From positions 96,001 to 160,000 of the forward strand of contig CAXBMO010000007.1 in assembly GCA_963977015.1 (NCBI GenBank): a DNA stretch of 64,000 nucleotides, given 5' to 3'. Position 1 is the first letter of the stretch. Each line of letters begins with the position of its first letter. A program made the translations under genes and the position numbers. The stretch comes from an uncultured bacterium. Lineage in GTDB: Bacteria; Verrucomicrobiota; Verrucomicrobiia; Verrucomicrobiales; DEV007. The notes beneath the pieces were generated by a model. It had not been told where the DNA came from, ran no database searches, and was given only the letters and a program-made list of their open reading frames with translations. Positions 38,314 through 48,577 of the stretch are shown piece by piece.

Positions 38314-39249
38314 ATGCAGGTCTTCCACGACATCAGCCAGCTTTCCAGCATCACTCGCCCGCTCCACCTGGCGGTCGGAGTGTTCGACGGAGTTCATTTG
38401 GGGCACCAAGCTGTTATTCGCGCCGCGCAAGAAGGCAGCAGGGCGAACGGCGGAATCCCCATCTTGGTAACGTTCGATCCTCATCCCATCCGGATTTTGC
38501 GTCCCGACGAAGCGCCCCGCATTTTAAGCCATTGCCGCCACAAACTCCGCAAGGTGGAGCGACTGGGCATCGATCATGCGTTGGTGGTCACTTTTGACGA
38601 AGAGTTCTCGCGAAAAACCGGCGCCGAATTTGTTCGCGAGCTCTGCTCAGCGGCCAAGGACATTCGACAGATCTGTGTCGGCAAAGATTGGAAATTTGGC
38701 TGCCAGCGCTCCGGTGATTTTGCGTTGCTCCAATCCTTGGGAGCGGAACAGGGCTTTGAGGCCACCGGAGTGGAAGCGTTCCTGAAGGATGGGATCCCCG
38801 TCAGCAGCACCGGGATTCGAGAGTTGATTCGCCGGGGAAACCTGGATCAAGCCGCGAAGTTGCTCGGCGCACCGTATGACGTCTCCGGCACGGTCGTAGA
38901 AGGAGACCAGCTCGGAAGAAAACTGGGTTTTCCAACCGCCAATCTCCTCGTCCACAGCGAACAGCTCCCGCCCAGCGGTGTGTATGCCGTCACCGTCATC
39001 CTGCATGGAAACCATTTTTCCGGTGTCGCCAATCTGGGAACCCGGCCCACGTTTTCAGATAAAAATGATCAACGTCGCCTCGAGGTTCACCTTCTGGATT
39101 ACGAGGGAACTGAATTTTATGGCAAAGATGTTGAAGTTGTTTTTCGCCGGTTTTTGCGCTCCGAAATCAAGTTCCCAGGGCCGGAGAAATTGATCCAACA
39201 AATTCACAACGACATCCGGCAAGCACGGGAAGTCTTGGCCCCCGGTTGA
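38314..39249 (+). CDS. ribF: Bifunctional riboflavin kinase/FAD synthetase
   Basis: GVFDGVHLGH, TFDPHP, SSTGIR, GFPTAN, GTRPT, EVHL. Confidence 0.95.
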   Translation: MQVFHDISQLSSITRPLHLAVGVFDGVHLGHQAVIRAAQEGSRANGGIPILVTFDPHPIRILRPDEAPRILSHCRHKLRKVERLGIDHALVVTFDEEFSRKTGAEFVRELCSAAKDIRQICVGKDWKFGCQRSGDFALLQSLGAEQGFEATGVEAFLKDGIPVSSTGIRELIRRGNLDQAAKLLGAPYDVSGTVVEGDQLGRKLGFPTANLLVHSEQLPPSGVYAVTVILHGNHFSGVANLGTRPTFSDKNDQRRLEVHLLDYEGTEFYGKDVEVVFRRFLRSEIKFPGPEKLIQQIHNDIRQAREVLAPG

Positions 39250-39274
39250 GTTGCGGGGGCAAGTCGGGTATATT
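39246..39274 (+). promoter_or_regulatory. Sigma70-type promoter of the FG-GAP gene
   Basis: TTGAGT-N17-TATATT, 27 nt before the ATG. Confidence 0.45.
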
Positions 39275-39301
39275 CCCCTCCAACCCGTCCTCCCTAGTCA
39301 C

Positions 39302-42300
39302 ATGCCCCAACTCCCCCGCTTGTTCACCGCCGCTGTTCTCTGGCTTGCCATTTCCCCGTTCTCCAGTGCTGAGAACCTTGAGTCAAAACCCTTTGCCCGA
39401 ACTCCGCCGGGCTCCGTTTCGTTCAGCCCAACCCTCTTTACCCAGCTCGGACCTGCCGCAACCGGGATCGACTACGTCCACGAAATCGCGACGTGGCATC
39501 GTGACAAGCGCCTCTACCACTCCAGCTTCGCCTGCGGAACGGTATTGATTGGCGACATTGATGGGGACGAACTCAGCGATATTTTTGTGACCGGTGGTCC
39601 TCGGTCGAACAAACTCTACGTCAATGCCGGCAACTTGACCTTTGTCGATGTCTCCGCCGGCGTTCCCGAAGTCGTTGGAGCCAATGAAACCGGAGCCGAT
39701 CTCTGGGCAGGCGGCGGCGCGATGATCGATATTGATAACGACGGTGATCTCGATATCTACGTTTGCTACTACGACCAGCCCAATCATCTCTACATCAATC
39801 AGCTCGTCGAGACGGGAAAACTTGGATTCGTGGAAAGCGCCGCGAAATTCGGACTCAACCTGATCGACGCCAGCCTCGTTCCCGCCTTTGCCGATTACGA
39901 TGCGGACGGCGATCTTGATCTGTATTTGTTGACCCACCAATTGCATCGCCTCGGTGGTCGCCCCGCAATGCCCGTCAACCTTGAGTCAGATCGTTCTGAA
40001 CCCACCGGCCTCCGCGTTGGAGGGAGTCTGAACCGCTTTTACAAAGTCGATAAACAGGATGAAAGAGGCCGCTGGCTTTACTCTGAAAAAGGGCGGCCGG
40101 ATTATCTGATGCGAAACGATAGTGGGAAGTTTCGCGATGTCACAGAATCGGCTGGAATGACGAAAAAAGCCGGAATCGGAAACTCGGCGACTTGGTGGGA
40201 CTTCAACGATGACGGCCTCGTCGATCTCCACGTCGGCAATGATTTCCTCGATCCGGATTATCTCTACAAGAACAACGGGAATGGCACCTTCACCGATGTA
40301 CTGCCGGAGGCATTTCCCCAATCCACCTGGTTCACGATGGGAACAGCGGTGACCGACTCGAATAATGATGGCCGCTCTGACTTCATCGTCGCGGACATGT
40401 TTCCGACAACCCACTACAAACAGAAAGCCTCAATGGCATCAATGGGTGAACTCTCCGAACGGCTGGCCAATGCTCCGGGCGCGCGCCAGATCATGCGCAA
40501 TGCGTTGTTCGTGAGTACGGGGACTGAGAAATTCCTGGAGGCAGCTTATCTCTCCGGGGTAGGTCAGACGGACTGGACCTGGGCCATCAAAAGCGGTGAC
40601 TACGATCAGGATGGACGCGCCGATCTCTTTTTCACGAATGGCGCCGCCCGGGTTTTCAATCATTCCGATCTCCCGGCCATCACCCACGAAAGTCTCATTG
40701 GAAAGAACCACTGGGATTTGTTCGAGAATCAACCCGAAAAGCGGGAGCAGAACCTCGCCTATCGAAACATCGGCGAACTCCAATACGAGGAAGTTTCCCG
40801 CGAATGGGGACTCAATCACGTCGGCATGACGCACACCAGCGCTCAAGGAGACCTGGATAATGACGGAGACCTGGACCTGGTGACCTGCAGCCTCAACGAT
40901 CCAGTCTACATTTACCGCAACGACGGAGCGGAAGGGAATTCCGTGCGCCTGCAACTCGAGGGAACCAAGAGTAACCGGCGGGGAATTGGAGCAACGGTTT
41001 GGGTCACGACAGAAGCCGGGAAGCAAGTTCGCCAACTGCAAAGCGCCTGGGGATTCATGGATGCCGATGAACCCATTCTTCATTTTGGCCTTGGCGAGGC
41101 CACCCAAATCCAAGAGTTGTTGATTCGTTGGCCAAGTGGCATCGAACAGCGCTTTGAGAATCTGGATGCGAATCAATTCTATACGGTTACAGAAGCCGGC
41201 TCCACCAAATCGCCCAAGGCTCAACCCCCAAAAACCTGGTTTGTCCAAAGCGATGTCTTCGATGGGCATAAACGCCAGGAAACAAAGTTCAACGACTTCG
41301 CCGAGCAGCCGTTGTTGCCATTTCAGCTTTCCCAACTGGGCCCCGCGCAGGCCTGGGGCGACATGGATCGTGACGGTCTCGAGGATTTTTGGATTGGTTC
41401 CGGAGCGGGACACTCCGGGACATTTTTCTACAACAAAACCAAAGCTGGCAGCCGTCCAAAATTCGATGCCTGGATTCAGCCCATTCTCCGAACGCATAAG
41501 GAACGCGAAGACATGGGCGCCGTTTTCCTGGATGTCGACGCTGATGGTGACCTGGATTTGTACGTAGCCAGCGGCAGCGTCGAGAGCCCCGCCGGTTCGG
41601 CCGACTACAAGGATCGCCTTTACCTCAACAAGGGCTGGGGTCAGTTTACCGACGGAAGTAACCTGCTGCCTGATATTCGCGAAAACAGTTCCGCCGTTGC
41701 CACCGCTGATTTCGATCGGGATGGTGACCTGGACATCTTTGTGGGCACGCGTTCGGTGGTCGGGGAATATCCGAAACCCGCCGATAGCCATCTCCTCATC
41801 AATGACGGGACGGGAAAATTCAGGGACGGAACCCGCGAGATGGCCTCCGGGCTCATCGGCACGGGTTTGGTGACGGGAGCCTTGTGGAGCGACGTCAACA
41901 ACGATGGCTGGGTCGATCTTGTCGTCGCCCATGACTGGGGTCCCATAAAGGTCTTTCGCAATCGCGAGGGACACCTCGAATCCCCAACGCCCAATGGAAT
42001 GCAGGACGTGTTGGGTTGGTGGACGGGCCTTGCCGCTGCAGATATCGACAATGACGGCGACATGGATTTGGTCGCCAGCAATTTGGGAACCAACAGCCAA
42101 TATCAGGCCAGCGCTCAGTCACCCGAGTTGATCTTTTACGGCGATTTCGACGGAACCGGCAAAGCTCATATCGTGGAAGCCAACTTCGAGAACGGCGTCT
42201 GTTATCCACGACGCGGGCTCTCCTGCTCGAGCCATGCGATGCCGGTCGTAAAGAAGAAGCTGCAAACGTATCACAATTTTGCCAGCGCATCGCTGTCCCA

Positions 42301-43060
42301 GATCTACCCGATCGATCGCCTGCAGAAATCCACCTTGATGAAGGCCAATGAGCTGAGATCCGGTGCCTTCCTCAACGACGGGAGTGGCAACTTCACCTTC
42401 CAGCCTCTTCCCCACATCACTCAGGTCGCTCCTGGATTTGGCGTAGTCTTGGAAGATTTTGACCTGGATGGTTACACTGATTGCTTTATCGCCCAGAACC
42501 ATCTCACCCCGCAGGAAGAAACGGGCCCGATGCGGGGAGGATTGAGTCAGCTGCTGAAGCGAAACCCGAACTCTCAATCGGCCGAAGATTTGTTCATCCC
42601 CGTTTCACCGCTTGAAAGTGGATTAATCGTGAATGGGGATGCGAAAAGCGTGACAACGATGGATCTGAACCGGGATGGTCGGCTCGATATCATCGTTGGG
42701 ATCAATGATGATTCCCCGAAGACCTTTATCAATCGAGCCGTAGACACCAGCCGCACGCTTTCGGTAAGGCTCAAAGGCCTTAAAGGGAACGGCGACGCCG
42801 CAGGAGGGAGAATTGAGGTGAAGATTCCGGGTATGCCGAATCAGGTCGCGGAAGTTGCGCTAGGAAGCGGTTATCTCTCGAACTCAAGCAGCCGTTTTCT
42901 CTTCGCCAAGCCAGAAGGATACAAAGACGCCGTCGACTTCCTGGTGCGCTGGCCTGATGGAACCAGTGAAGAACATAGACTTGACGCGACCGGGGAACAG
43001 ATCGTCATCGAACAACCGAAGCCTGTTGTGGGGGAGGAAGAAGTAGCGCCCGAGGTTTAG
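39302..43060 (+). CDS. Large secreted FG-GAP/VCBS repeat protein with two ASPIC/UnbV domains (CRTAC1-like)
   Basis: Many DxDxDGDLD repeats; GIGA...LHFGLG...IRWPSG and a second C-terminal VRWPDG. Confidence 0.9.
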   Translation: MPQLPRLFTAAVLWLAISPFSSAENLESKPFARTPPGSVSFSPTLFTQLGPAATGIDYVHEIATWHRDKRLYHSSFACGTVLIGDIDGDELSDIFVTGGPRSNKLYVNAGNLTFVDVSAGVPEVVGANETGADLWAGGGAMIDIDNDGDLDIYVCYYDQPNHLYINQLVETGKLGFVESAAKFGLNLIDASLVPAFADYDADGDLDLYLLTHQLHRLGGRPAMPVNLESDRSEPTGLRVGGSLNRFYKVDKQDERGRWLYSEKGRPDYLMRNDSGKFRDVTESAGMTKKAGIGNSATWWDFNDDGLVDLHVGNDFLDPDYLYKNNGNGTFTDVLPEAFPQSTWFTMGTAVTDSNNDGRSDFIVADMFPTTHYKQKASMASMGELSERLANAPGARQIMRNALFVSTGTEKFLEAAYLSGVGQTDWTWAIKSGDYDQDGRADLFFTNGAARVFNHSDLPAITHESLIGKNHWDLFENQPEKREQNLAYRNIGELQYEEVSREWGLNHVGMTHTSAQGDLDNDGDLDLVTCSLNDPVYIYRNDGAEGNSVRLQLEGTKSNRRGIGATVWVTTEAGKQVRQLQSAWGFMDADEPILHFGLGEATQIQELLIRWPSGIEQRFENLDANQFYTVTEAGSTKSPKAQPPKTWFVQSDVFDGHKRQETKFNDFAEQPLLPFQLSQLGPAQAWGDMDRDGLEDFWIGSGAGHSGTFFYNKTKAGSRPKFDAWIQPILRTHKEREDMGAVFLDVDADGDLDLYVASGSVESPAGSADYKDRLYLNKGWGQFTDGSNLLPDIRENSSAVATADFDRDGDLDIFVGTRSVVGEYPKPADSHLLINDGTGKFRDGTREMASGLIGTGLVTGALWSDVNNDGWVDLVVAHDWGPIKVFRNREGHLESPTPNGMQDVLGWWTGLAAADIDNDGDMDLVASNLGTNSQYQASAQSPELIFYGDFDGTGKAHIVEANFENGVCYPRRGLSCSSHAMPVVKKKLQTYHNFASASLSQIYPIDRLQKSTLMKANELRSGAFLNDGSGNFTFQPLPHITQVAPGFGVVLEDFDLDGYTDCFIAQNHLTPQEETGPMRGGLSQLLKRNPNSQSAEDLFIPVSPLESGLIVNGDAKSVTTMDLNRDGRLDIIVGINDDSPKTFINRAVDTSRTLSVRLKGLKGNGDAAGGRIEVKIPGMPNQVAEVALGSGYLSNSSSRFLFAKPEGYKDAVDFLVRWPDGTSEEHRLDATGEQIVIEQPKPVVGEEEVAPEV

Positions 43061-44121
43061 GGCAAATACTTCCAGCTCCAGCGCTTGGGTTTTCGGGGCT
43101 GCTTCTTCTTTTTTGCAGACCGAACCCGGCGCACAAACTCCCTGTTGATCGAGCGGGATCCCAGGGATTTTTTCGGCTGCTCTGGTTTCGTTTCCTCCGA
43201 AGGAGATTCCACCACTTGAGACTCAGGTTCTTGAGGCTCAGGTTCTTGAGATTGAACTTGTTGGGGAGCCACCATTTGAATCGGTTCCACGAAGTCGATT
43301 TTCCCGACCGACTCCTTGGTGACCGCTTCTTTGGGAACATCGATCGGAGTCGCATGCACTTCGCGATTCTCGATTTTTCCCGCGTTCAGGGAAGGAAGTT
43401 GAAAGCGTATTTTCAGGCCATTTTCGTAATCAGGATCGATGGCGATGGTTCCGCCATGCCGCTCGACAACCCGCTTACAAATCGCAAGACCAATGCCTGA
43501 GCCTTCAAACTCTTCCCGAGTGTGCAGCCGCTCAAAGATCGTGAAAATCTTTTCCCGATGGGCCGGTTTGATCCCGATCCCGTTATCAGCAATGGAGAAC
43601 TCGATGAAACCATTGCCCAAAGGCACTGAATCGATCTCAATCTGCGGGAGAGCCTCAGAGCGAAACTTTATCGCGTTCTCAATCAGATTTTGGAACACCC
43701 TCTTGATTTGGAGTTTGTCGCCTTTCACGGTCGGGAGATCCCCAGCCTTGATGGTGGTTCCGCTTGAGGTAATCCGGGAATTCAAGTTGAGGCTCACTTC
43801 GCCGATCAATGCATTCACTTCAATTGGCTCTCCTTCCGGTTCCGTGCCATCGATCAGGGAATAGGTTAGCAGCCCATTCAAGGTGTCTTCCATCTGGCGA
43901 ACACCACGGATCGCAAGTTGGATGAATTCCCTACCTTCAGAACTCATGGTTGAGCCCTCTCGCCTCTCCAACAACTGAATGAACCCGCTGATGGAGCGCA
44001 ATGGTTCGCGAAGGTCATGAGCCGCAACATAGGCGAATTGTTTGAGGTCTTCGTTCGACCGTCGCAATGCCTCCATCTGGTCGGCAATTTGATCAAGATT
44101 AGGTGGTATAGACTGACCCAT
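43057..44121 (-). CDS. Histidine kinase (bacteriophytochrome-like HisKA + HATPase) with no sensor domain
   Basis: FAYVAAHDLREPLR, QNLIENAIKF, DNGIGI, GIGLAIC; start uncertain (44121-44190). Confidence 0.88.
   Translation of the reverse strand: MGQSIPPNLDQIADQMEALRRSNEDLKQFAYVAAHDLREPLRSISGFIQLLERREGSTMSSEGREFIQLAIRGVRQMEDTLNGLLTYSLIDGTEPEGEPIEVNALIGEVSLNLNSRITSSGTTIKAGDLPTVKGDKLQIKRVFQNLIENAIKFRSEALPQIEIDSVPLGNGFIEFSIADNGIGIKPAHREKIFTIFERLHTREEFEGSGIGLAICKRVVERHGGTIAIDPDYENGLKIRFQLPSLNAGKIENREVHATPIDVPKEAVTKESVGKIDFVEPIQMVAPQQVQSQEPEPQEPESQVVESPSEETKPEQPKKSLGSRSINREFVRRVRSAKKKKQPRKPKRWSWKYLP
43215..43251. repeat. Intragenic 15-bp tandem repeat (about 2.5 copies) encoding SQEPEPQEPESQ
   Basis: CTTGAG(A/G)CTCAGGTT x2 plus a partial copy. 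Confidence 0.8.
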
Positions 44122-44274
44122 AGAACCGCGACCATCATTGCACAAAGATACCCTGGTTACCAAGCCAAGTTTGCATTCTGTTAGCCCCAAAACCGGCTAA
44201 TTCAAGCGGTCGTCAAATTCTCAAAATCGTAGTTTTTGTTTTATTTTAGACGTTTTCACGCATAAGTGAGAATC

Positions 44275-44808
44275 ATGACTGCGACTTCCATAAGTTCTGC
44301 GCTTTTCTTCGGTTTTCTGTTTTGCTCCGCGGTTCAGGCTTTAGAAAATCCGCTGCGTTTTCAGCAAATCCGGACGCTTCAAAACGACACGTTCCATCAG
44401 GTGGAGTTGATCAAGTCCGATGCAACCGGAGCCTACATTCGCCATTCCCGGGGTTTGGCCCGCATTCCGTTTGCTGATTTTCCGGCTGACGTTCGCGCGA
44501 AACTCGAACTCGAGGTGATGCCATCCAATCCCCTCCAGGAACCCGATTTTGCTGAGCCTGCCGCCCAGAAGAATCCTACCAATAACCAGGACTGGATTGT
44601 AATTCGGACGTTTAACCCGCCACCGGCCACATCCGCTTATGGTTGCCCGAATCTTCTCACCAATGACTCTGGAGTTCTTCCCTATCCCCAGTCACTTGCG
44701 ATCTATCCCTGCCGCAAGCTGGCAGAACTCGACTTTCTTTATGTCACGGGGATTTTGCGTCGCCCGCCAGGCGTCAAGATTCACCGCCTTTGGGCGACTC
44801 AATTCTAG
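44275..44808 (+). CDS. Hypothetical secreted protein
   Basis: Signal peptide ending AVQA; IRHSRGLARIPFADFP segment. Confidence 0.65.
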   Translation: MTATSISSALFFGFLFCSAVQALENPLRFQQIRTLQNDTFHQVELIKSDATGAYIRHSRGLARIPFADFPADVRAKLELEVMPSNPLQEPDFAEPAAQKNPTNNQDWIVIRTFNPPPATSAYGCPNLLTNDSGVLPYPQSLAIYPCRKLAELDFLYVTGILRRPPGVKIHRLWATQF

Positions 44809-45716
44809 GATTGTTCATCAGCGGACAAGCCTTCAACAACGTCGATCAGCACTTCCAAGCCACGCCGATTCGGCTCGCCAAAGGTACTGGCCGAAGCTCC
44901 TGATGCGACAATTGCATCCCGAACACGATTCGCAGGGATCGCACCTGTGGAACGAACGCTCGATTGTTCCAAGCTGAAGGTGCGAATGGTGACCTTGTAG
45001 TTCACCCCCAACTCATTCGCCAAATGATCAAACTTCGCCAAGCGCAAGCCAACCTTGTTCAGGCTGGAATCTTGACCAATCTCTGAGTTATCGAAGGCAA
45101 ACCATTCCCCCTCGAGTGATGCCTTCAGCTCCGCCAGCTTCTCCAATCGGTGATCAGCAGAAACACCTTCTTCCGATACCGCCAGATTTTCCCCGGTATC
45201 GAATGGATCTGTTTCGACAAAGTCAGGGCTATGATCTTCCCTGCCAACCGTCACAATGGCTTCCTCTGCTGCTGTAAGCCGGGCAATGATTGGATCCATC
45301 GGTATTTCGGAAGAAACCGGCTGGGAAAAATCGTCCATTACCACCTCCACCTGCGCATTTTTCTCGGTTTCAGCAACTTCATCGGCCTCTTGGACGTCAG
45401 CGTTCTCTGAGATGACCGGAGATTCCATCAAACTTGCAGTCTCCTTTGGAGGGTTCCCCAAAGCGATCACAAAAATTGGAATCAGCACCGGAATAACCCC
45501 GGCCGCGACCAGAAGGGTGCGTCGCTGCAACGGAGTCAGGTTGAGCTGATTGAACTTTTCCGAAACACCAAGAAGCAACACCATCAGCCTCTCTTTGATG
45601 GCTGACCAAAGCGGAGCCTGCGTTTTATCGCTGCTCTCCGCAGGCGCTTTCGACGCAGATTTTCCTGAACGCCTTATCTTTTTGCCGTTGGCGGTTTCGA
45701 TATGTTTCAATTTCAT
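44805..45716 (-). CDS. Single-TM hypothetical protein with acidic linker and degenerate OmpA-like C-terminal domain
   Basis: Basic N-terminus, one TM, FAFDNSEI...RVRDAIV...NRR pattern. Confidence 0.65.
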   Translation of the reverse strand: MKLKHIETANGKKIRRSGKSASKAPAESSDKTQAPLWSAIKERLMVLLLGVSEKFNQLNLTPLQRRTLLVAAGVIPVLIPIFVIALGNPPKETASLMESPVISENADVQEADEVAETEKNAQVEVVMDDFSQPVSSEIPMDPIIARLTAAEEAIVTVGREDHSPDFVETDPFDTGENLAVSEEGVSADHRLEKLAELKASLEGEWFAFDNSEIGQDSSLNKVGLRLAKFDHLANELGVNYKVTIRTFSLEQSSVRSTGAIPANRVRDAIVASGASASTFGEPNRRGLEVLIDVVEGLSADEQS

Positions 45717-45800
45717 CGTTTCAGTCTGAGCGACGGCTCAGGCCTCAACATCCTATATGTTTCATAAATATCAATATTTAGTATTTCTTTCAGAATACAA

Positions 45801-45835
45801 AGAAGCCCCGGCTGCAAGCTGCGACCAGGGCTTCT
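45801..45835 (-). terminator. Probable terminator after the sugar isomerase gene
   Basis: AGAAGCCC...GGGCTTCT stem with G-U pairs, 22 bp after the stop, T-rich tail on - strand. Confidence 0.65.
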
Positions 45836-45857
45836 CGTAAATTTGGTTCAGGCTGAT

Positions 45858-46862
45858 TTACGCCTGCTTCTTTTTGTCGAACTGCTCGTCAAACACAATA
45901 TCCGAGGAAGGGAAATCAATGCTCTTTACAAACGCAGCCGATTCAGCGGCGCCGTGCTCGCGGTCCATACCGCCATCTTCCCATTCGACCGAAAGTGGAC
46001 CGCTGTAGCCAATGTCGTTCAGGGCGCGAATGATGCGTTCGAAATCGACGTCTCCCCGTCCCATTGAGCGGAAGTCCCAATAGCGTTTGTGATTGTGAAA
46101 ATCGACGTGCCCGCCAAAGACGCCAACATCTCCGGGTGCATCCCTCCATCCGACGTCCTTCATGTGGACGTGATTAATCCGGTCCGAAAACCGATAGATG
46201 AAGTCAACGTAGTCTACCCCCTGGTAGGCCAAATGGCTCGGGTCGTAGTTGAAACCAAAGGCAGGGTGGTTTCCGATTGCAGCAACGGCGCGCTCTGCCG
46301 AGGCGATATCAAACGCAATCTCGGTCGGATGAACTTCCAAACCGAATTTGATGCCGTTCGCCTGGAACTCATCCATGATCGGGCCAAAACGTTTGGCGAA
46401 ATCCTCATATCCAGCATCAATCTGACCGGGAAGGTTTGGCGGGAAGCTGTAAAGCAGATGCCAAATGGAACTTCCAGTAAATCCATTGACCACACTCACG
46501 CCAAATCGCTTGGCGGCTTGCGCGGTTTTCTTCATTTCTTCAGCAGCACGGGTCCGAACACCTTCAGGCTCGCCGTCTCCGTAAATATAGTCAGGAAGAA
46601 TCTGCTTGTGACGCTCATCGATGTTGTCGCAGACAGCTTGCCCGACCAGGTGAGTCGAAATAGCCAAACACTTCATTCCGCTTTGCTCGAGTTGCTGACG
46701 CTTTGCATCGCAGTAAGCCTGATCAGCTTTGTCGACTTCGAAGTGGTCTCCCCAGCATGCCAACTCGACGCCATCGTAGCCAAACTCCTTGGCTTTCTGG
46801 ATCATGGTCGTGCAGTCGAGATCAGCCCACTGGCCGGTGAATAGGGTAACAGGGCGTGCCAT
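45858..46862 (-). CDS. Sugar phosphate isomerase/epimerase (xylose-isomerase-like TIM barrel, IolE-like)
   Basis: [33 protein letters not shown]. Confidence 0.9.
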   Translation of the reverse strand: MARPVTLFTGQWADLDCTTMIQKAKEFGYDGVELACWGDHFEVDKADQAYCDAKRQQLEQSGMKCLAISTHLVGQAVCDNIDERHKQILPDYIYGDGEPEGVRTRAAEEMKKTAQAAKRFGVSVVNGFTGSSIWHLLYSFPPNLPGQIDAGYEDFAKRFGPIMDEFQANGIKFGLEVHPTEIAFDIASAERAVAAIGNHPAFGFNYDPSHLAYQGVDYVDFIYRFSDRINHVHMKDVGWRDAPGDVGVFGGHVDFHNHKRYWDFRSMGRGDVDFERIIRALNDIGYSGPLSVEWEDGGMDREHGAAESAAFVKSIDFPSSDIVFDEQFDKKKQA

Positions 46863-46951
46863 AGTGAGGCTTTGGTAGCGTGGATGCTCCTTTGGATCAA
46901 GGAAGAAGTCCTTCTGCCCCTGTCAATCCGGTTTCACGACACGGTTTGGAA

Positions 46952-47374
46952 TCAAAGCTCCGTCAGTTCCAGTCCCAATTCCTCCTCAACCAACCTCCGA
47001 ACGATCTTCAACAGTCCCCGGTCCGCGACAAATTTCTCAATTCGTGAGAGTGGAGCCAACTTACGCCGATGGTGCCTCATTCCTTCCCAATTTTCCAACA
47101 AGCCACTCACTTCCAAAGGGTAGTAGGAAACATTCCCGCCTTTTGCCGTCTCGATCGTAGCGAGCGCTTCTTCCGCAACAAGACCAACAAATCCACCTTC
47201 ATTCAAAGCGACATTGCCGGCACCATCCATCGGACATTGCTTCGAATTGATTGAGGCTTTCGGAAATCTCCAGTTTTTCCCCCGAAAAGCAGTCGTCAAA
47301 CCAATGCACAACTCACCCGCATCCCAGGCATACGGGACTGCACAAGTTTGCAGATGAATCTTTGGTTTAGACAT
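46952..47374 (-). CDS. NUDIX-fold protein with a degenerate Nudix box
   Basis: AVPY...WRFPK...EGG...WEGMRHHRR layout; catalytic REUXEE lost. Confidence 0.6.
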   Translation of the reverse strand: MSKPKIHLQTCAVPYAWDAGELCIGLTTAFRGKNWRFPKASINSKQCPMDGAGNVALNEGGFVGLVAEEALATIETAKGGNVSYYPLEVSGLLENWEGMRHHRRKLAPLSRIEKFVADRGLLKIVRRLVEEELGLELTEL

Positions 47375-47465
47375 TGGGAATATATGGACACGTTAATCGC
47401 AATTATAAATATCGCAACACCCACAAGAAAATAGACGTTCTACTTCCTCAATTTATTGAGAACTC

Positions 47466-48488
47466 TCACCATTTCAGGACAACTTTGGCGGCCTCGCCTC
47501 GGTTCATCAGAGCGAAGCCTTGCTCAAATTCGGTAAAGGGAAGCCGGTGGGTAATGACCGGTGAAATATCCAACCCGCTTTGCAGCATGCTGGTCATCTT
47601 GTACCAGGTTTCATACATTTCTCGCCCGTAGATGCCCTTGATCGTGAGTCCATTGAAGACCACTTCGTTCCAGTCGATCGCAATCGGTGCGGCCGGGATT
47701 CCGAGCAGGGAAATTTTTCCTCCGTGACACATGTTTTTAATCAGATCGCGAAAGGCGTGCTCGTTTCCGCTCATTTCCAATCCGACATCAAAGCCTTCAT
47801 GCATCCCGAGTTCCTTCTGAACATCGGACAGTTTTTCCTCGGCAACATTGACCGTTCTAGTCGCCCCCATCTTCCGGGCAAGTCCCAGTCTGAATTCGTT
47901 CATGTCGGTGATGACGACGTTCCGGGCTCCGGCATGCTTGGCGACGGCAGCGGCCATAATCCCGATCGGTCCCGCCCCCGTGATCAAGACGTCTTCGCCG
48001 AGCAAATCAAAAGAAAGGGCGGCGTGAACCGCGTTTCCGAACGGATCAAAGATTGATTGAATGTCGCGATCCAGCGTTTGGTCGTGATACCAGATGTTTG
48101 TTTGCGGGAGCGAAATCAACTCGGCAAAGGCACCCGGCCGCTGAACTCCAACGCCCTGCGTCTCGGCACACAAATGACGTCGACCGGCCATGCAGTTTCG
48201 GCAATGGCCACAGACAACATGTCCTTCACCGCTGACGATATCCCCCACATTGAAGTCCCGAACGTTCGAGCCGATTTCCACGATTTCCCCGACAAATTCA
48301 TGCCCGATCGTCAATGGAACGGGAACCGTCGCCGCGGCCCATGCATCCCAGTTGTAGATGTGAACGTCCGTGCCGCAAATCCCGGTGCGATCCACCTTGA
48401 TCAGGACTTCGTTGATCCCGATTTCCGGTTCCGACACGTCTTCCAGCCAAAGGCCGGGTTCCGATTTGCTTTTGACGAGGGCTTTCAT
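47466..48488 (-). CDS. tdh: L-threonine 3-dehydrogenase
   Basis: [45 protein letters not shown]. Confidence 0.96.
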   Translation of the reverse strand: MKALVKSKSEPGLWLEDVSEPEIGINEVLIKVDRTGICGTDVHIYNWDAWAAATVPVPLTIGHEFVGEIVEIGSNVRDFNVGDIVSGEGHVVCGHCRNCMAGRRHLCAETQGVGVQRPGAFAELISLPQTNIWYHDQTLDRDIQSIFDPFGNAVHAALSFDLLGEDVLITGAGPIGIMAAAVAKHAGARNVVITDMNEFRLGLARKMGATRTVNVAEEKLSDVQKELGMHEGFDVGLEMSGNEHAFRDLIKNMCHGGKISLLGIPAAPIAIDWNEVVFNGLTIKGIYGREMYETWYKMTSMLQSGLDISPVITHRLPFTEFEQGFALMNRGEAAKVVLKW

Positions 48489-48577
48489 ACTGAGATCAAG
48501 CGCGTTTCACCGCGACATTGCAACTGCGGCTTGTGTCATCCCAGAACACCCGCCTTGGCCCCGTGTTACCGGTGCGC

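Noticed and set aside
40439-42100. 553-aa antisense ORF (also 54956-56266, 11003-12037, 23092-24093, 34871-35776)
   Set aside because: Shadow frames opposite well-supported genes; no recognisable motifs
39302-43060. Recurring GAxxxxGAxGGxGAx nucleotide words as DNA repeats
   Set aside because: Explained by protein-level FG-GAP calcium-binding repeats
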